A stretch of DNA of 64,000 nucleotides, from positions 5,614 to 69,613 of the forward strand of contig JBKQHU010000017.1 in the NCBI GenBank assembly GCA_052148655.1. The letters run 5' to 3'. Source of the stretch: Acidimicrobiales bacterium (GTDB lineage Bacteria; Actinomycetota; Acidimicrobiia; Acidimicrobiales; Bog-793). Position 1 is the first letter of the stretch. Every line of letters begins with the position of its first letter. The notes beneath the pieces are model-generated. The model saw nothing but the letters and a program-made list of their open reading frames with translations. It was not told the origin of the DNA and searched no databases. A program made the translations under genes and the position numbers. This document shows positions 18,561 through 29,372 of the stretch, in pieces.

Positions 18561-20213
18561 ATGAGCACCTCTGTTTCCGGACCCGAGCCCCTCGGGACCT
18601 CACTATCGGGATCGGCAAACCTGGGACGGCGCTCGGAGATGTCCGAAGCGCAGACACGTCTACCCCTTGGAGACCGTCGCTTCATTCTTGCCGTGCTGTG
18701 TGTGAGCCTCCTCATCGTGAGCCTCGACAACACGATCTTGAATGTGGCGCTACCAGTTATCGTGCGCACGCTTCATGCATCGTCAAGCTCGCTGCAGTGG
18801 ATCGTCGACTCGTACGCGATCGTTTTCGCAGGGTTGCTTCTTGTCGCCGGCAGCCTGGGTGACCGCCTGGGCCGCAAGTGGGTGTTCATGACGGGACTGG
18901 CCATCTTCGCGGCTGGTTCGGCAGTGTCTGCTTTCTCCGGTAGCGCCGATCGGCTCATCGCGGCAAGGGCCTTCATGGGAATCGGTGGAGCTGCCATAAT
19001 GCCGTCGACCCTGTCGATCCTCACGAACACTTTCACTGAATCTCGTGAGCGAGCCCGCGCCATCGGAATCTGGTCGGGCACGACGGGTCTTGGTGTCGCC
19101 GTGGGGCCCGTAGCGGGCGGGTGGCTGCTCGCTCACTTTTGGTGGGGCTCGGTGTTCCTCGTCAACGTGCCAATCGCAATCATTGGGCTGTTAGCGGCTA
19201 CCTGGTTAGTGCCCAACTCGAAAAACCCCGACTCAAAGCGTCCCGACCCGGTCGGTTCCGGTCTCTCCATCGTGGGCATGGGCTTGTTGTTGTGGGGAAT
19301 CATCGAAGCGCCAAACCGCTCCTGGACTTCCCCGCTGATCCTCGGCGCCATAGCGTCCGCGATAGCGGTGCTGGCCGTTTTCGTGATCTGGGAACGGCAG
19401 TCCTCCCACCCCATGCTCCAAGTTTCATTCTTCAGGTCACGGCGCTTCTCGGCAGCCGTGGGAACCATGGGCATGGTCATGTTCGCTTTGATGGGAGGGC
19501 TGTTCCTCCTGACTCAGTACCTGCAGTTCTCGCTCGGCTACACGGCTTTCGAGACCGGCTTGCGAATCGCGCCGATCGCAGCGGTGCTGCTCGTAGTTGC
19601 TCCCCTCTCGAGCATGATCGATCACCTCGTCGGGACCAAGCCCGTTGTCTTCACTGGAATGGCTCTCCTCGCACTGGGCTTCGGGTTGCTCACGCGAGTG
19701 ACAGTCCACGACACGTATTTGGACGTGCTCCCAGCCTTCTTGGTGCTCGGTTTGGGCACTGGCCTCGCCTTTGCCCCCTGTACTGAATCGGTGATGGGGT
19801 CCTTGCCGGTCGACCAAGCCGGCGTAGGCGCTGCAACCAACGGCGCCTCGCTGCAAACCGGTGGGGCGCTCGGCGTCGGTGTGCTCGGCAGCCTGCTCAA
19901 CACCCGCTACCAGAACAGGCTGGCACCGGTGCTCGCCCACTACAAGATGCCGACGTCGATCCTGCACCTGATCACCGGCTCTCTCGGTGGGGCTCTCGCA
20001 GTCAGCCAGAGAATCGGCGGTACGCTCGGCCTCGAGCTCGCCAACTTTGGTCGGCGGTCCTTCGTGAGTGGGATGGACCTCGCCGTCACCGTCGCAGCGT
20101 TCGTGGTCGGCACTGCCGGAGTCGTCGTGCTCGTCGTGCTGCCGAATCGGGGCGCCCGTCCCTTACAAGATCAAGCCAGCGAGTCCACCGCCGTCCGGGC
20201 GGGAAAGGACTGA
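18561..20213 (+). CDS. MFS transporter, DHA2 (EmrB/QacA-like, 14-TMS) drug:H+ antiporter family
   Basis: 550 aa with motifs LDNTILNVALP and GSLGDRLGRKWVF. An alternative start is the ATG at 18639. Confidence 0.85.
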   Translation: MSTSVSGPEPLGTSLSGSANLGRRSEMSEAQTRLPLGDRRFILAVLCVSLLIVSLDNTILNVALPVIVRTLHASSSSLQWIVDSYAIVFAGLLLVAGSLGDRLGRKWVFMTGLAIFAAGSAVSAFSGSADRLIAARAFMGIGGAAIMPSTLSILTNTFTESRERARAIGIWSGTTGLGVAVGPVAGGWLLAHFWWGSVFLVNVPIAIIGLLAATWLVPNSKNPDSKRPDPVGSGLSIVGMGLLLWGIIEAPNRSWTSPLILGAIASAIAVLAVFVIWERQSSHPMLQVSFFRSRRFSAAVGTMGMVMFALMGGLFLLTQYLQFSLGYTAFETGLRIAPIAAVLLVVAPLSSMIDHLVGTKPVVFTGMALLALGFGLLTRVTVHDTYLDVLPAFLVLGLGTGLAFAPCTESVMGSLPVDQAGVGAATNGASLQTGGALGVGVLGSLLNTRYQNRLAPVLAHYKMPTSILHLITGSLGGALAVSQRIGGTLGLELANFGRRSFVSGMDLAVTVAAFVVGTAGVVVLVVLPNRGARPLQDQASESTAVRAGKD

Positions 20214-20330
20214 CTGCCCAGCACCCCGCTGGCAACCTTGGCTCGGTTAGTCGCGCCAGCAAGCTTGCCCGCAACGTCGTCCCCTCCCAGGGCCAGTCTG
20301 CACTCAACGACGACTCGTTACGCTCACGGT

Positions 20331-21068
20331 ATGCCAGCTGATCTGCCGACCATCCTTGCAACCTCGGGCGGACTGACACGTGGGTCGCGCACCGATGTCG
20401 CGTTCGCACCTTTGCTCATTTGTGCCATCGATCTGGCGGGGGTGGACGCACGCCGCCCCCGGCTCTGTCATATAGGAACGGCCGGCGGCGACCAACGCTG
20501 GTGGAATGCCCTGTTGAACGAAGCCGGTCACGCGGCGGGAATAGACGTCGCGCACTTGAACCTGTTTCCGATGCCGACCGTCGAGGACATGGCAGGGTTC
20601 CTCCTCGAACAGGATGTGATCTGGGTCAGCGGTGGCAGCGTTGCCAATCTCCTCGCGCTCTGGCGGCTTCACGGTCTCGACTCGATCCTTGCCGAGGTTT
20701 GGCGGGCGGGCGTCGTTCTCGGCGGGGTGTCCGCAGGCTCGCTGTGCTGGCACGTCGGCGGTACCACCGACTCATTCGGGCCGGCTCTCCGCCCGGTGAC
20801 CAACGGCCTGGGCCTGCTCCCGTATGCGAATGGAGTCCACTACGACTCCGAACCCCAACGTCGGCCGCTGTTGCACCAGCTCATCGCCGACGGCGTGTTG
20901 CCGGACGGGTACGCCTCTGACGACGGGGTCGGCCTGCTCTACCGAGGCACCGCTCTTGTCGAAGCAGTCACCGAGATGAAGGGGAAGGGGGCCTATGCGG
21001 TCCGACGCGACGGCGACCGGGCCGTAGAGGACCGCATCGAGCCCAGAACCCTGCCAGGCGCGCTTTGA
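20331..21068 (+). CDS. Peptidase S51 (dipeptidase E / cyanophycinase-like) family protein
   Basis: ORF 20238..21068. The ATG at 20331 gives MPADLPTILATSGG.... Nucleophile-elbow motif VLGGVSAGSLCW and the pattern DVIWVSGGSVANLL are present. Confidence 0.75.
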   Translation: MPADLPTILATSGGLTRGSRTDVAFAPLLICAIDLAGVDARRPRLCHIGTAGGDQRWWNALLNEAGHAAGIDVAHLNLFPMPTVEDMAGFLLEQDVIWVSGGSVANLLALWRLHGLDSILAEVWRAGVVLGGVSAGSLCWHVGGTTDSFGPALRPVTNGLGLLPYANGVHYDSEPQRRPLLHQLIADGVLPDGYASDDGVGLLYRGTALVEAVTEMKGKGAYAVRRDGDRAVEDRIEPRTLPGAL

Positions 21069-21245
21069 GTCCTCCACCAACTCGGGCGTCGACCTTCAGA
21101 TAGCAGATGGGTTCCGCCAGGCACCACTGACGACGCGGCCTCCGGGGCGACCGGTTTCGGCTTGATACGGTGCGCTCGTCCGCTCTGGTCCACGAAGGCG
21201 AAACTCACCCTCCCCGGACATGACAGCCACAGCTAGCCTGCCCCT

Positions 21246-21806
21246 GTGAGCAAAGAGCCAGCTGAGATCAGGCTCCCCCCACGCGAAGTCGTCCCGCCCA
21301 AGGGCCTTTGGCGATTCGTCATCACCCGCGTCCTGGCGGTGGCCGCCCTGGGCTTCATAATGGCAGTGGGGCTGAACCACTCCTCCAAGACCGTGATCGC
21401 GGCAGCCATCTTCCTGGTCCTCATGATCTTGATCGCGGCGTTGCAAGTACCACTGTTCAAGCGGCGCTGGCACCGACTCGAGGAGGACCGGCTCAAGAGC
21501 CTTCCCGGGGATCCCATCTACGCGGGTCCCGCCCGTGTGGACAGCCCGGGCGGCGGCCGCCCAGTGGCCGGGGAACTCGTTCTCGACAGCCGAGGCATCA
21601 CCTTTACACCCAAGCGCACCCAGGACATGGCCTCTCTCAGGATCACATGGGGCCAGATGACTCATATCCGGCTCCTCCCGATCTCGACGGCCCCAGTCGC
21701 CGGCTCGCTCGAGCTGAGCCTGCACGGGGGTGCAACTCAAAGCTTTGTGGTCCAGCGTTGCGAGTCCCTCGCTGCCAAGCTGCAGCACCTTCCCGACCGC
21801 TTATGA
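21246..21806 (+). CDS. Hypothetical membrane protein (two TM helices plus a possible PH/GRAM-like C-terminal domain)
   Basis: 186 aa with a GTG start and high GC3 in this frame. Hydrophobic helices are FVITRVLAVAALGFIMAV and VIAAAIFLVLMILIAAL. The overlapping minus-strand ORF 21096..21788 looks like a shadow ORF. Confidence 0.5.
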   Translation: MSKEPAEIRLPPREVVPPKGLWRFVITRVLAVAALGFIMAVGLNHSSKTVIAAAIFLVLMILIAALQVPLFKRRWHRLEEDRLKSLPGDPIYAGPARVDSPGGGRPVAGELVLDSRGITFTPKRTQDMASLRITWGQMTHIRLLPISTAPVAGSLELSLHGGATQSFVVQRCESLAAKLQHLPDRL

Positions 21807-22248
21807 GCCTTCATCTCTTTGTTGGGCAGTGTCCACGGACGTGACACACCCGAGATACCTCAGCCCTGACCACATAGACCATGGTCACACACCTTCGTGC
21901 CTAACTTCTATCTCTCCCATACGCGACCATTGTCGCTGTCGTGCCAGAAGGAACAGACGCCTATTGCAGATTGTGCCCGTGGTGATTTGAGCCCCGTGCC
22001 CAGCCGGTCCAGTTTGGCCATACGGTCGTGCGCCGCGCCCGAGTTGCCATTGAGATAGCGGCGCACCTGTACCGCCGCGGCGGGAGCCTCGCGCGACCCA
22101 AGGCATTGCGCGATTAACCTCGCCACAACAAGCGCCTTGATAAAGGCTGGATAGCACTCCGTGAGTCGGCGATGTCAGCCGCTCTCCGGAACATCACAAT
22201 GACCAAGGCGCACCACTTGGCAGCGCCTGGCTTGATGTTCTCGGCGAA

Positions 22249-23466
22249 TTACAAAGTCGCGGTCGGTGTTCTCTCGTCCATGCCCCACGGAGCGCCGCTC
22301 TCGTTCAACAGCTCGAGGAACGGCCCGGAGGGAAGCGCCTCGGGACCGAGCAGGCCGACACCCGACCAGGCTCCCGAGTCGAGCAGCTCGAGGGCGACTA
22401 TCGGGTTGACGGCGGTCTGCCAGACAACTGCCTGCGAGTCGTCCACCGACATGCACCAGTCGTTGTCGACGGCGTGGTAGAGGTAGACCTCACGCGGTGA
22501 GCCGTCCTTGCCGATGCCCGTCACCCAGGTTCCGGCACAGGTGACACCGTGCATGATGTCGCCGATCGTGGCCGGGTCGGGCAGGCATGCCGCGACGACG
22601 TCGCGGGGCGAGACCTTCTCCGCACCCACCGAGACCTTCCTTGTCGAATCGAGCCCGAGCATGTGGAGAGTCTTCAGCACATTGATGAAGTCGTCCCCGA
22701 GCCCGTACTTGAACGTGACCCGCTTCGCGTCCAGCCAACGCGGCATGAGCAAAACCTCTTCGTGCTCGACGTTGACGCATTCGACCGGTCCGATGCCGGC
22801 CGGGAAGGTGAAGGTCTCCGGCTCGCTGAACGGCTCGGTGGTGAACCATCCCCGCCCCTTCTCCCAGATGACCGGCGGGTTCAGGCACTCCTCGATCGTC
22901 GTCCAGATCGAGAAGCTCGGGCAGAAGTCGTAGCCCTCGATGACGAGGTTGGCGCCGTCCCTGACGCCGAGCTCGTCGACAGAACCGAAAAGGTTGTCCG
23001 CCGCGTGGCGGGCGAACACGTCGGAGAGGCCCGGCTCGACACCCATACCGGCCAGGGCCAGCAAACCGCTCTCCTCCCACTTCGGAGCGAGCTCGAACTG
23101 CTCGTCCCCGAGCTTGACACCCGTCTTGGAGTAGGGCTCCTCGGCGTTTGGGTGGGAGAGGGACATGGCCATGTCCATGTAGTTGACGCCCGCGGCCAGG
23201 GCCGCGCGGTAGATCGGCATGACAAAGCGGGGATCGACGGCGTTGAGGACCATGTCGCAGTTCTCCGCGCGGATCAGCTCAGTGATCTCCGACTCGTTGG
23301 AGGCGTCGAGCTTGAAGCCCGAGAAGCGTTCCGAGACAGAAGCCGCCTTTTTTGCGCGCTCCGTGTCGTAGTCGGTCATCACGACCTTCTCGAAGCTGTT
23401 CCGGCGCGCCGCTATGTGGGCAAAGGCACTTCCGACTCCACCGGCTCCTACCACGAGAACTCGCAT
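22249..23466 (-). CDS. Saccharopine dehydrogenase-family NAD(P)-binding oxidoreductase
   Basis: ORF 22249..23505. The ATG at 23466 (MRVLVVGAGGVGSAFAHIAA...) has an AAAGGA RBS. It has a Rossmann GxGxxG motif and a C-terminal saccharopine dehydrogenase-like domain. Confidence 0.8.
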   Translation of the reverse strand: MRVLVVGAGGVGSAFAHIAARRNSFEKVVMTDYDTERAKKAASVSERFSGFKLDASNESEITELIRAENCDMVLNAVDPRFVMPIYRAALAAGVNYMDMAMSLSHPNAEEPYSKTGVKLGDEQFELAPKWEESGLLALAGMGVEPGLSDVFARHAADNLFGSVDELGVRDGANLVIEGYDFCPSFSIWTTIEECLNPPVIWEKGRGWFTTEPFSEPETFTFPAGIGPVECVNVEHEEVLLMPRWLDAKRVTFKYGLGDDFINVLKTLHMLGLDSTRKVSVGAEKVSPRDVVAACLPDPATIGDIMHGVTCAGTWVTGIGKDGSPREVYLYHAVDNDWCMSVDDSQAVVWQTAVNPIVALELLDSGAWSGVGLLGPEALPSGPFLELLNESGAPWGMDERTPTATL

Positions 23467-23780
23467 GGAAAGTCCTTTCTCGGCAATTCGGCCAAAGATC
23501 AACAAGCGGCGTCACGACGAAATGCGACTGCAGACGTGCGCCTATTTAGTTTAGAGGAGGTCCGACGATTCTCCATGGGCCGAAAGTCCCTATTCAGCCC
23601 CGGTTGCCGGTGCGACAATTCTTATGAAGCCCTCAACGAGACAAGGAAGGACGGCACCGGTCGAGAAGCGATCTCGAGATCTCGGGCGAGCCACGGAGGG
23701 CCCCGAGCGCGGCAGATAGGAAGGGCCGAGCAAACCAAGAGCCAGATGTGCACAACGGAGTGCACAGGGAGGCAACTGAA

Positions 23781-25139
23781 GTGAGCAACAACGTCAAGAA
23801 CATCTTGAACGAGCTGGCGGTACGCAACTCCGGCGAGCCGGAGTTCCTGCAGGCGGTGAGTGAGGTACTGACCTCGCTCGAGCCCGTCGTCGAGCGATAC
23901 CCCGTGTACCAGGAGATGAAGGTCCTCGAGCGGCTCGTCGAGCCGGAGCGGGTGATCATGTTCCGGGTGAGCTGGACCGACGACAACGGCGAGATCCAGG
24001 TCAACCGCGGTTATCGAGTCCAGATGAACAGCGCCATCGGGCCCTACAAGGGCGGGCTCAGGTTCCACCCTTCGGTCTACCTCGGACTGCTGAAGTTCCT
24101 CGCGTTCGAGCAGGTCATAAAGAACTCCCTGACCACCTTGCCCATGGGTGGCGCAAAGGGCGGGGCCGACTTCGACCCGAAGGGCAAGAGCGACGGAGAG
24201 GTGCGCCGTTTCTGCCAGGCCTTCATGACAGAGCTGTACCGTCACATCGGGCAGTTCACAGATGTGCCGGCCGGTGACATCGGCGTCGGTGGCCGCGAGA
24301 TCGGCTACCTGTTCGGGCAGTACAAGCGGATCGCCAACCAGTTCACCGGTGTGCTAACCGGCAAGGGCCTCAACTGGGGAGGCTCGGAGATCCGCCCGGA
24401 AGCCACCGGCTACGGCGCGGTCTACTTCGCCCAGGAAATGCTCGCCACGCGTTCTGAGAACTTCGAGGGCAAGAAGTGCCTCGTGTCCGGAAGCGGCAAC
24501 GTCGCTCAGTTCACAGTTGAGAAGCTCATCGAGCTCGGTGCCAAGGCCCTTACGCTCTCGGACTCGGACGGGTTCGTCTATGACCCGAACGGGATCGACA
24601 CCGAGAAGCTCGCCTTCGTCATGGAACTGAAGAACGTGCGCAGGGGACGCATCCGCGAGTACGCGGAGCGCTTCCCGACCGCGACCTTCACTCCGGTGAA
24701 GGACGAGGGCTTCAACCCACTGTGGGCGGTCCCGGCGGAGTGTGCCTTCCCGAGCGCGACTCAGAACGAGATCAACGGCACCGACGCCCGCAACCTCGTC
24801 GCCAACGGGGTCAAGCTCGTCGCCGAAGGCGCGAACATGCCCACGACGCCCGAGGGGGTCGACAGGTTCCTCGAGGCCAAGCTCCTCTACGGCCCAGGCA
24901 AAGCCGCCAACGCAGGCGGTGTGGCCGTCTCAGGCCTGGAGATGACCCAGGACATCGAGCACCTCTCGTGGACCCGTGAGCAGGTGGACAGCAAGCTGAA
25001 GCAGATCATGCGTGCCATCCACACCAACGTGCGGGCCGCCGCCGAGGAGTACGGCAGGCCGAGCGACTACGTGCTGGGCGCCAACATCGCCGGATTCGTC
25101 AAGGTGGCAGACGCCATGGTGGACGAGAGCACCGTCTGA
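23781..25139 (+). CDS. gdhA: NADP-specific glutamate dehydrogenase
   Basis: Hallmark GDH motifs are present: EPEFLQAV, RVSWTDDNGE, NRGYRVQ, GPYKGGLRFHP and LPMGGAKGG. The likely start is the GTG at 23781, preceded by AGGGAGG. The longest ORF starts at 23748. Confidence 0.95.
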   Translation: MSNNVKNILNELAVRNSGEPEFLQAVSEVLTSLEPVVERYPVYQEMKVLERLVEPERVIMFRVSWTDDNGEIQVNRGYRVQMNSAIGPYKGGLRFHPSVYLGLLKFLAFEQVIKNSLTTLPMGGAKGGADFDPKGKSDGEVRRFCQAFMTELYRHIGQFTDVPAGDIGVGGREIGYLFGQYKRIANQFTGVLTGKGLNWGGSEIRPEATGYGAVYFAQEMLATRSENFEGKKCLVSGSGNVAQFTVEKLIELGAKALTLSDSDGFVYDPNGIDTEKLAFVMELKNVRRGRIREYAERFPTATFTPVKDEGFNPLWAVPAECAFPSATQNEINGTDARNLVANGVKLVAEGANMPTTPEGVDRFLEAKLLYGPGKAANAGGVAVSGLEMTQDIEHLSWTREQVDSKLKQIMRAIHTNVRAAAEEYGRPSDYVLGANIAGFVKVADAMVDESTV

Positions 25140-26776
25140 TGTCGACCGACCCCGCCTTGCTGCATTCAGAGGAAGGGGTCGATAAAGGCTTGAAGTCGGG
25201 GGCGCTTGGACTCGTCTCGAGTGTGGTCATCGGGACCGCGTCCACTGCCCCCGCCTTCAGCCTCGCTGCGACTCTTGGTCTCCTCGCAGTTGGGGTGGGC
25301 TTCCACGCCCCCCTCGTAGCGATCCTGGCGTTCGTGCCGATGCTGCTCATCTCGTTCGGCTACAGCGAGCTCAACAAGGCCGATCCCGACTGCGGGACGA
25401 CCTTCACCTGGGCGACGAGAGCCTTCGGACCCAGGACGGGCTGGGCGGGTGGTTGGGGGATCATCGCCTCGGACGTCCTCGTGATGGCGAGCCTTGCCGA
25501 GGTCTCCGGCCAGTACCTTTTCCTGCTCTTCAACGCCAAGGGCATAGGGAGCGACCCGAGCAGTTTCTGGGTCCTTCTCGTCGGCGTGCTCTTCATCATG
25601 GTCCTGACTTACGTTTGCTACCGAGGAATCGAGATCTCGGCGAAGGTCCAGTTCGTTCTCCTGGCGATCGAACTCGTCATGATGGCTGTGTACGCGCTCG
25701 TGGCGATTGTCAGGGTGGCCGTGGGTCACGCCCCGCCGGGCCACATGGTGCCCTCACTGTCGTGGTTCAACCCGACCACGCTCTCCCCCACTGCCTTCGT
25801 CGATGGCCTCGTCCTGATGCTGTTCATCTACTGGGGTTGGGACACGTCGCTGTCTGTGAACGAGGAGACGAACGACAAGGGCCGGCTGCCGGGACTGGCG
25901 GGAATCATCGCCACGGTGCTGCTGCTGGCAACATACGGGCTGGTCACGATCGCAGCACAGGCATTCGCCGGTGTCGGAACGACCGGAATAGGACTGGCGA
26001 ACCCCGCCCACCTCACCGACGTACTGTCCGTGCAAGGATCGGCGGTGTTCGGCTCGAGCTGGTTCGGCTCGATCTTCTCCCACCTGTTGCTGCTCATGGT
26101 GTTCTCCTCGGCCGTGGCCTCCACCCAGACGACGATCCTGCCCACGGCCCGCACGGTGCTCTCGATGAGCGTGTACAAGGCGGTGCCGGACGCGTTCGGC
26201 CGCATGCACGAGAGGTACCTGACCCCGACAGTCGCCACGGTGGTGATGGGGGGAATCTCGATCGTGATGTACGCCGCCATGAACTACATGTCAGGCGGGT
26301 TGATAATCCTGGACGCCGTCACCGCGATCGGAGTGTGGATAGCGTTCTACTACGGCCTGACCGGCTGGACGTGTCTGTGGTACTACCGGAGAGTCCTCAC
26401 GCGAAGCACTCGTGACCTGTTCATGAAGGGAATCCTGCCCGGGCTCGGCGGCGTGATCATGTTTGCCGCGGGGGCCTGGAGCTTGAAAGAGGACTGGTTC
26501 TTTTCGAGCGGTCAGAGCTACACCGCCTGGCGCTTTCCCTTCGGCCCGCACTGGGAGATAGGCGGGGTGTTTCTTATCTTCCTCTTGAGCGCCGTCGTCG
26601 GCCTCATCTGCGCAGTGCTATGGCGGTTCGCATCACCCGCCTTCTTCCGCGGCGAGACGCTCAACCGCTCCACACCGACGCTCGTGCCCGAGGGCGCCGC
26701 CTTGCCGTTCGCACCGACAGGCGCAGGGGCTCAGGGCACGCAACCGGGAGACGAATTCGGCAACCGTCCCGTCTGA
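25139..26776 (+). CDS. APC-superfamily amino acid permease
   Basis: 545 aa polytopic protein. The N-terminal pattern VVIGTASTAPAFSLAATLG...FGYSELNKADPDCGTTFTW is typical of APC permeases. Its ATG overlaps the gdhA stop by 1 nt (TGATG). Confidence 0.85.
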   Translation: MSTDPALLHSEEGVDKGLKSGALGLVSSVVIGTASTAPAFSLAATLGLLAVGVGFHAPLVAILAFVPMLLISFGYSELNKADPDCGTTFTWATRAFGPRTGWAGGWGIIASDVLVMASLAEVSGQYLFLLFNAKGIGSDPSSFWVLLVGVLFIMVLTYVCYRGIEISAKVQFVLLAIELVMMAVYALVAIVRVAVGHAPPGHMVPSLSWFNPTTLSPTAFVDGLVLMLFIYWGWDTSLSVNEETNDKGRLPGLAGIIATVLLLATYGLVTIAAQAFAGVGTTGIGLANPAHLTDVLSVQGSAVFGSSWFGSIFSHLLLLMVFSSAVASTQTTILPTARTVLSMSVYKAVPDAFGRMHERYLTPTVATVVMGGISIVMYAAMNYMSGGLIILDAVTAIGVWIAFYYGLTGWTCLWYYRRVLTRSTRDLFMKGILPGLGGVIMFAAGAWSLKEDWFFSSGQSYTAWRFPFGPHWEIGGVFLIFLLSAVVGLICAVLWRFASPAFFRGETLNRSTPTLVPEGAALPFAPTGAGAQGTQPGDEFGNRPV

Positions 26777-27012
26777 ACGTCTGTCCGCAAACATTCGACG
26801 CCTACTCGGGTGGCCTGGATCTGTCCGGTGGTCGGTCAATACCGCCGGCCGCGGCGGAGGGCGCCGATCGCTCATTTCCTGTGATCGGCCGTTGCCTGCA
26901 TCCCCGTGTCGGCTTCCGGTTGGCGATGCCTGACGGGCGTGACAGCTAGCTATTGTCAACCAGTCACCCCAAGGCCGCCTTCAGGCCAAGAGATAAGAGA
27001 TAGAGGTGGAAC

Positions 27013-27462
27013 TTGCGACGCCTTGCACTCGCGATCTTCAGCATTACCCTCGCGGCCAGCCTGTTGCTGACAACGGGTGGAGCGGGCGCAGCCCGCGGTC
27101 CGGCACCGACCCGCCTGGGTCCAGCCCCGGTTGCCGAGGCTGTCGCCAGAGTGCTCTCATGTCTCGGCGTCCCCGAAGAGAGACCGGCGGACTATCTCAT
27201 GTCGTGTGCCGACGCCAATGCCTCTTGGAAGAATGTCCACTGGGCGAACTGGGGGCTCAAGACCGCCCTCGGCACCGGTGACCTCTACCAGAACGACTGT
27301 CAGCCCAACTGCGTGTCGGGCCGTTTCCAAACTTACGTGGCCAAGGTGGTGCTGTCGGGGGTCACCGAGACCAAGAAGTACGGCCGGCTGTACTCCAGGG
27401 CCACGTTCTCTTACTCGGTGAGCACCAAGCGCGAGAGCGAGACGTTCGGCCTCGCGACCTGA
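27013..27462 (+). CDS. Small secreted protein of unknown function (4 Cys)
   Basis: 149 aa with a TTG start after AGAGGTGG. The signal peptide is [28 protein letters not shown]3 is high. No family recognised. Confidence 0.55.
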   Translation: MRRLALAIFSITLAASLLLTTGGAGAARGPAPTRLGPAPVAEAVARVLSCLGVPEERPADYLMSCADANASWKNVHWANWGLKTALGTGDLYQNDCQPNCVSGRFQTYVAKVVLSGVTETKKYGRLYSRATFSYSVSTKRESETFGLAT

Positions 27463-27716
27463 CACGAGCCAGGTCCTCTTTGCGCCAAGGCGCCTGCGCC
27501 GACGGGCCACAGCCCACGGGGAGGGACCTTCGGCCCTGGGCGAATGGCGCCGCACAAGCTACGGTGCAACCAGACGTGGGCCATGTCGATGGTCATCTCC
27601 TGCGACGCAGTGGCGCCGCCACCCGGGCGGTCGGACGCCGACTGGATCTCGGGATCGGCCCGTTCGGCTCCCAGATCATCGACGGCAGGGGCACGATTGC
27701 GGAAAGGAGCAGTGCC

Positions 27717-29162
27717 GTGGAAGAGAGCGTGGAGAAGTACCGGCCGTTGTTCATCGGCGGCGAATGGGTGAACCCAACCGACGGCGAAACTGACGACGAC
27801 ATCAACCCCGCCACCGGCAAGACCGTCGCCAAGGTGGCGGTCGCCAGCAAGCAGGACATCGAGAACGCGGTCCACGCGGCGCAGAAGGCCTACGACGAGG
27901 TCTGGTTCGATACGCCGCCCAAGGAGCGCAGCGCGATTCTGCTCAAGCTCGCCGATGCCATCGACGCCGACGCGGCCGAGCTTGCGCGCCTCGAGTCCGT
28001 CGACGTCGGAAAGCCCATAACGGTCTCCAAGGCGGACATCCCGTTCATATCAGACAGCCTGCGCTTTTTTGCCGGCGCCGCCCGCTGCCAGGAGGGCAAG
28101 TCCACCGGAGAGTACGAGAGAGGCTTCACGAGCATGATCCGCCGGGAGCCGCTCGGAGTCACGGTGGGCATCTGTCCGTGGAACTACCCGCTCATGATGG
28201 CGGTATGGAAGCTCGGCCCCGCTTTGGCGGCAGGGAACACCTCGATAATCAAGCCCGCTCAGATCACACCGCTCACGACGCTCCGCCTGGCTGACCTCGC
28301 CGCCGACATTGTCCCCGCCGGTGTCTTCAACGTCGTCACCGGACGGGGCGCTGTCATCGGCGACGCTCTCACACGTCACCCGGCGGTCCGGCTCGTATCG
28401 GTCACCGGCGACACGGCCACGGGCAAGGTCATCGCCGCCGCCTGCGCCGAGACCGTCAAACGTGCCCACCTCGAGCTCGGCGGCAAGGCGCCCGTGGTGG
28501 TCTTCGACGACGCCGACGTGGAGGCCCTGGTCGAGACCCTCAAGTTCGCCGGCTATGCCAACACGGGCCAGGACTGCACCGCGTCTTGCCGTGTGGTCGC
28601 GGGGCCGAAGATCTACGACGACCTGCTGTCAGGGCTCGTGCCCGCCGTCGAGTCGATCAAGGTCGGCGACATCACCGACGCCGAGGTGGAAGTGGGACCC
28701 CTCGTCTCCGCCAAGCAAAGAGAAAGTGTGAAGGGCTTCGTCGACCGGGCGCAGACCGCCGGGGGCAAAGTCCTCACCGGCGGCGAGGAGATCGCGGGAC
28801 CGGGCTTCTACTACAAGCCGACCCTCATAACCGACGTCGACCAGAAGGCCGAGATCGTGCAGAGGGAGGTCTTCGGACCGGTCGTCACCGTGCAGCGTTT
28901 CTCGGACGAGGACGAGGCCGTTGCCTGGGCCAACGACGTGGAATACGGATTGGCGTCCTCGGTGTGGACCCGTGACATCTCACGGGCGATGCGCGTCGCC
29001 CGACGGCTGCAGTACGGCGCCGTCTGGGTCAACACCCACTTCTGGCTGACCCCGGAGATGCCGCACGGTGGCTACAAGCAGAGCGGTTACGGCAAGGACA
29101 TGTCCATGTACTCCCTCGAGGACTACACCCAGATCAAGCACGTCATGACGCCGTTGGCCTGA
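27717..29162 (+). CDS. NAD-dependent aldehyde dehydrogenase (aminobutyraldehyde/betaine-aldehyde dehydrogenase-like)
   Basis: ALDH motifs are present: [15 protein letters not shown], the catalytic Cys region GQDCTA, and [13 protein letters not shown]. The likely start is the GTG at 27717, 7 nt after GGAAAGGAG. The longest ORF starts at 27480. Confidence 0.9.
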   Translation: MEESVEKYRPLFIGGEWVNPTDGETDDDINPATGKTVAKVAVASKQDIENAVHAAQKAYDEVWFDTPPKERSAILLKLADAIDADAAELARLESVDVGKPITVSKADIPFISDSLRFFAGAARCQEGKSTGEYERGFTSMIRREPLGVTVGICPWNYPLMMAVWKLGPALAAGNTSIIKPAQITPLTTLRLADLAADIVPAGVFNVVTGRGAVIGDALTRHPAVRLVSVTGDTATGKVIAAACAETVKRAHLELGGKAPVVVFDDADVEALVETLKFAGYANTGQDCTASCRVVAGPKIYDDLLSGLVPAVESIKVGDITDAEVEVGPLVSAKQRESVKGFVDRAQTAGGKVLTGGEEIAGPGFYYKPTLITDVDQKAEIVQREVFGPVVTVQRFSDEDEAVAWANDVEYGLASSVWTRDISRAMRVARRLQYGAVWVNTHFWLTPEMPHGGYKQSGYGKDMSMYSLEDYTQIKHVMTPLA

Positions 29163-29372
29163 GGCCTGCACCTGCCGTCACGGAGGACTGCCCGAAGCCG
29201 AGTCCGCCACGGGGAGCAACCGGAGGATCGGTCGTCCTCCACGATGCCCCTCGGAGTTCTGCCGCGCCATGGAGCGGTGGAATACCACTCGAGGTCGTCC
29301 GACTTGGCTCTGCCAAGAGTGGCGCGGCGGCCGCCGTTACCCTGACTTACTGGTGAAGGATAGGAACCAGCC

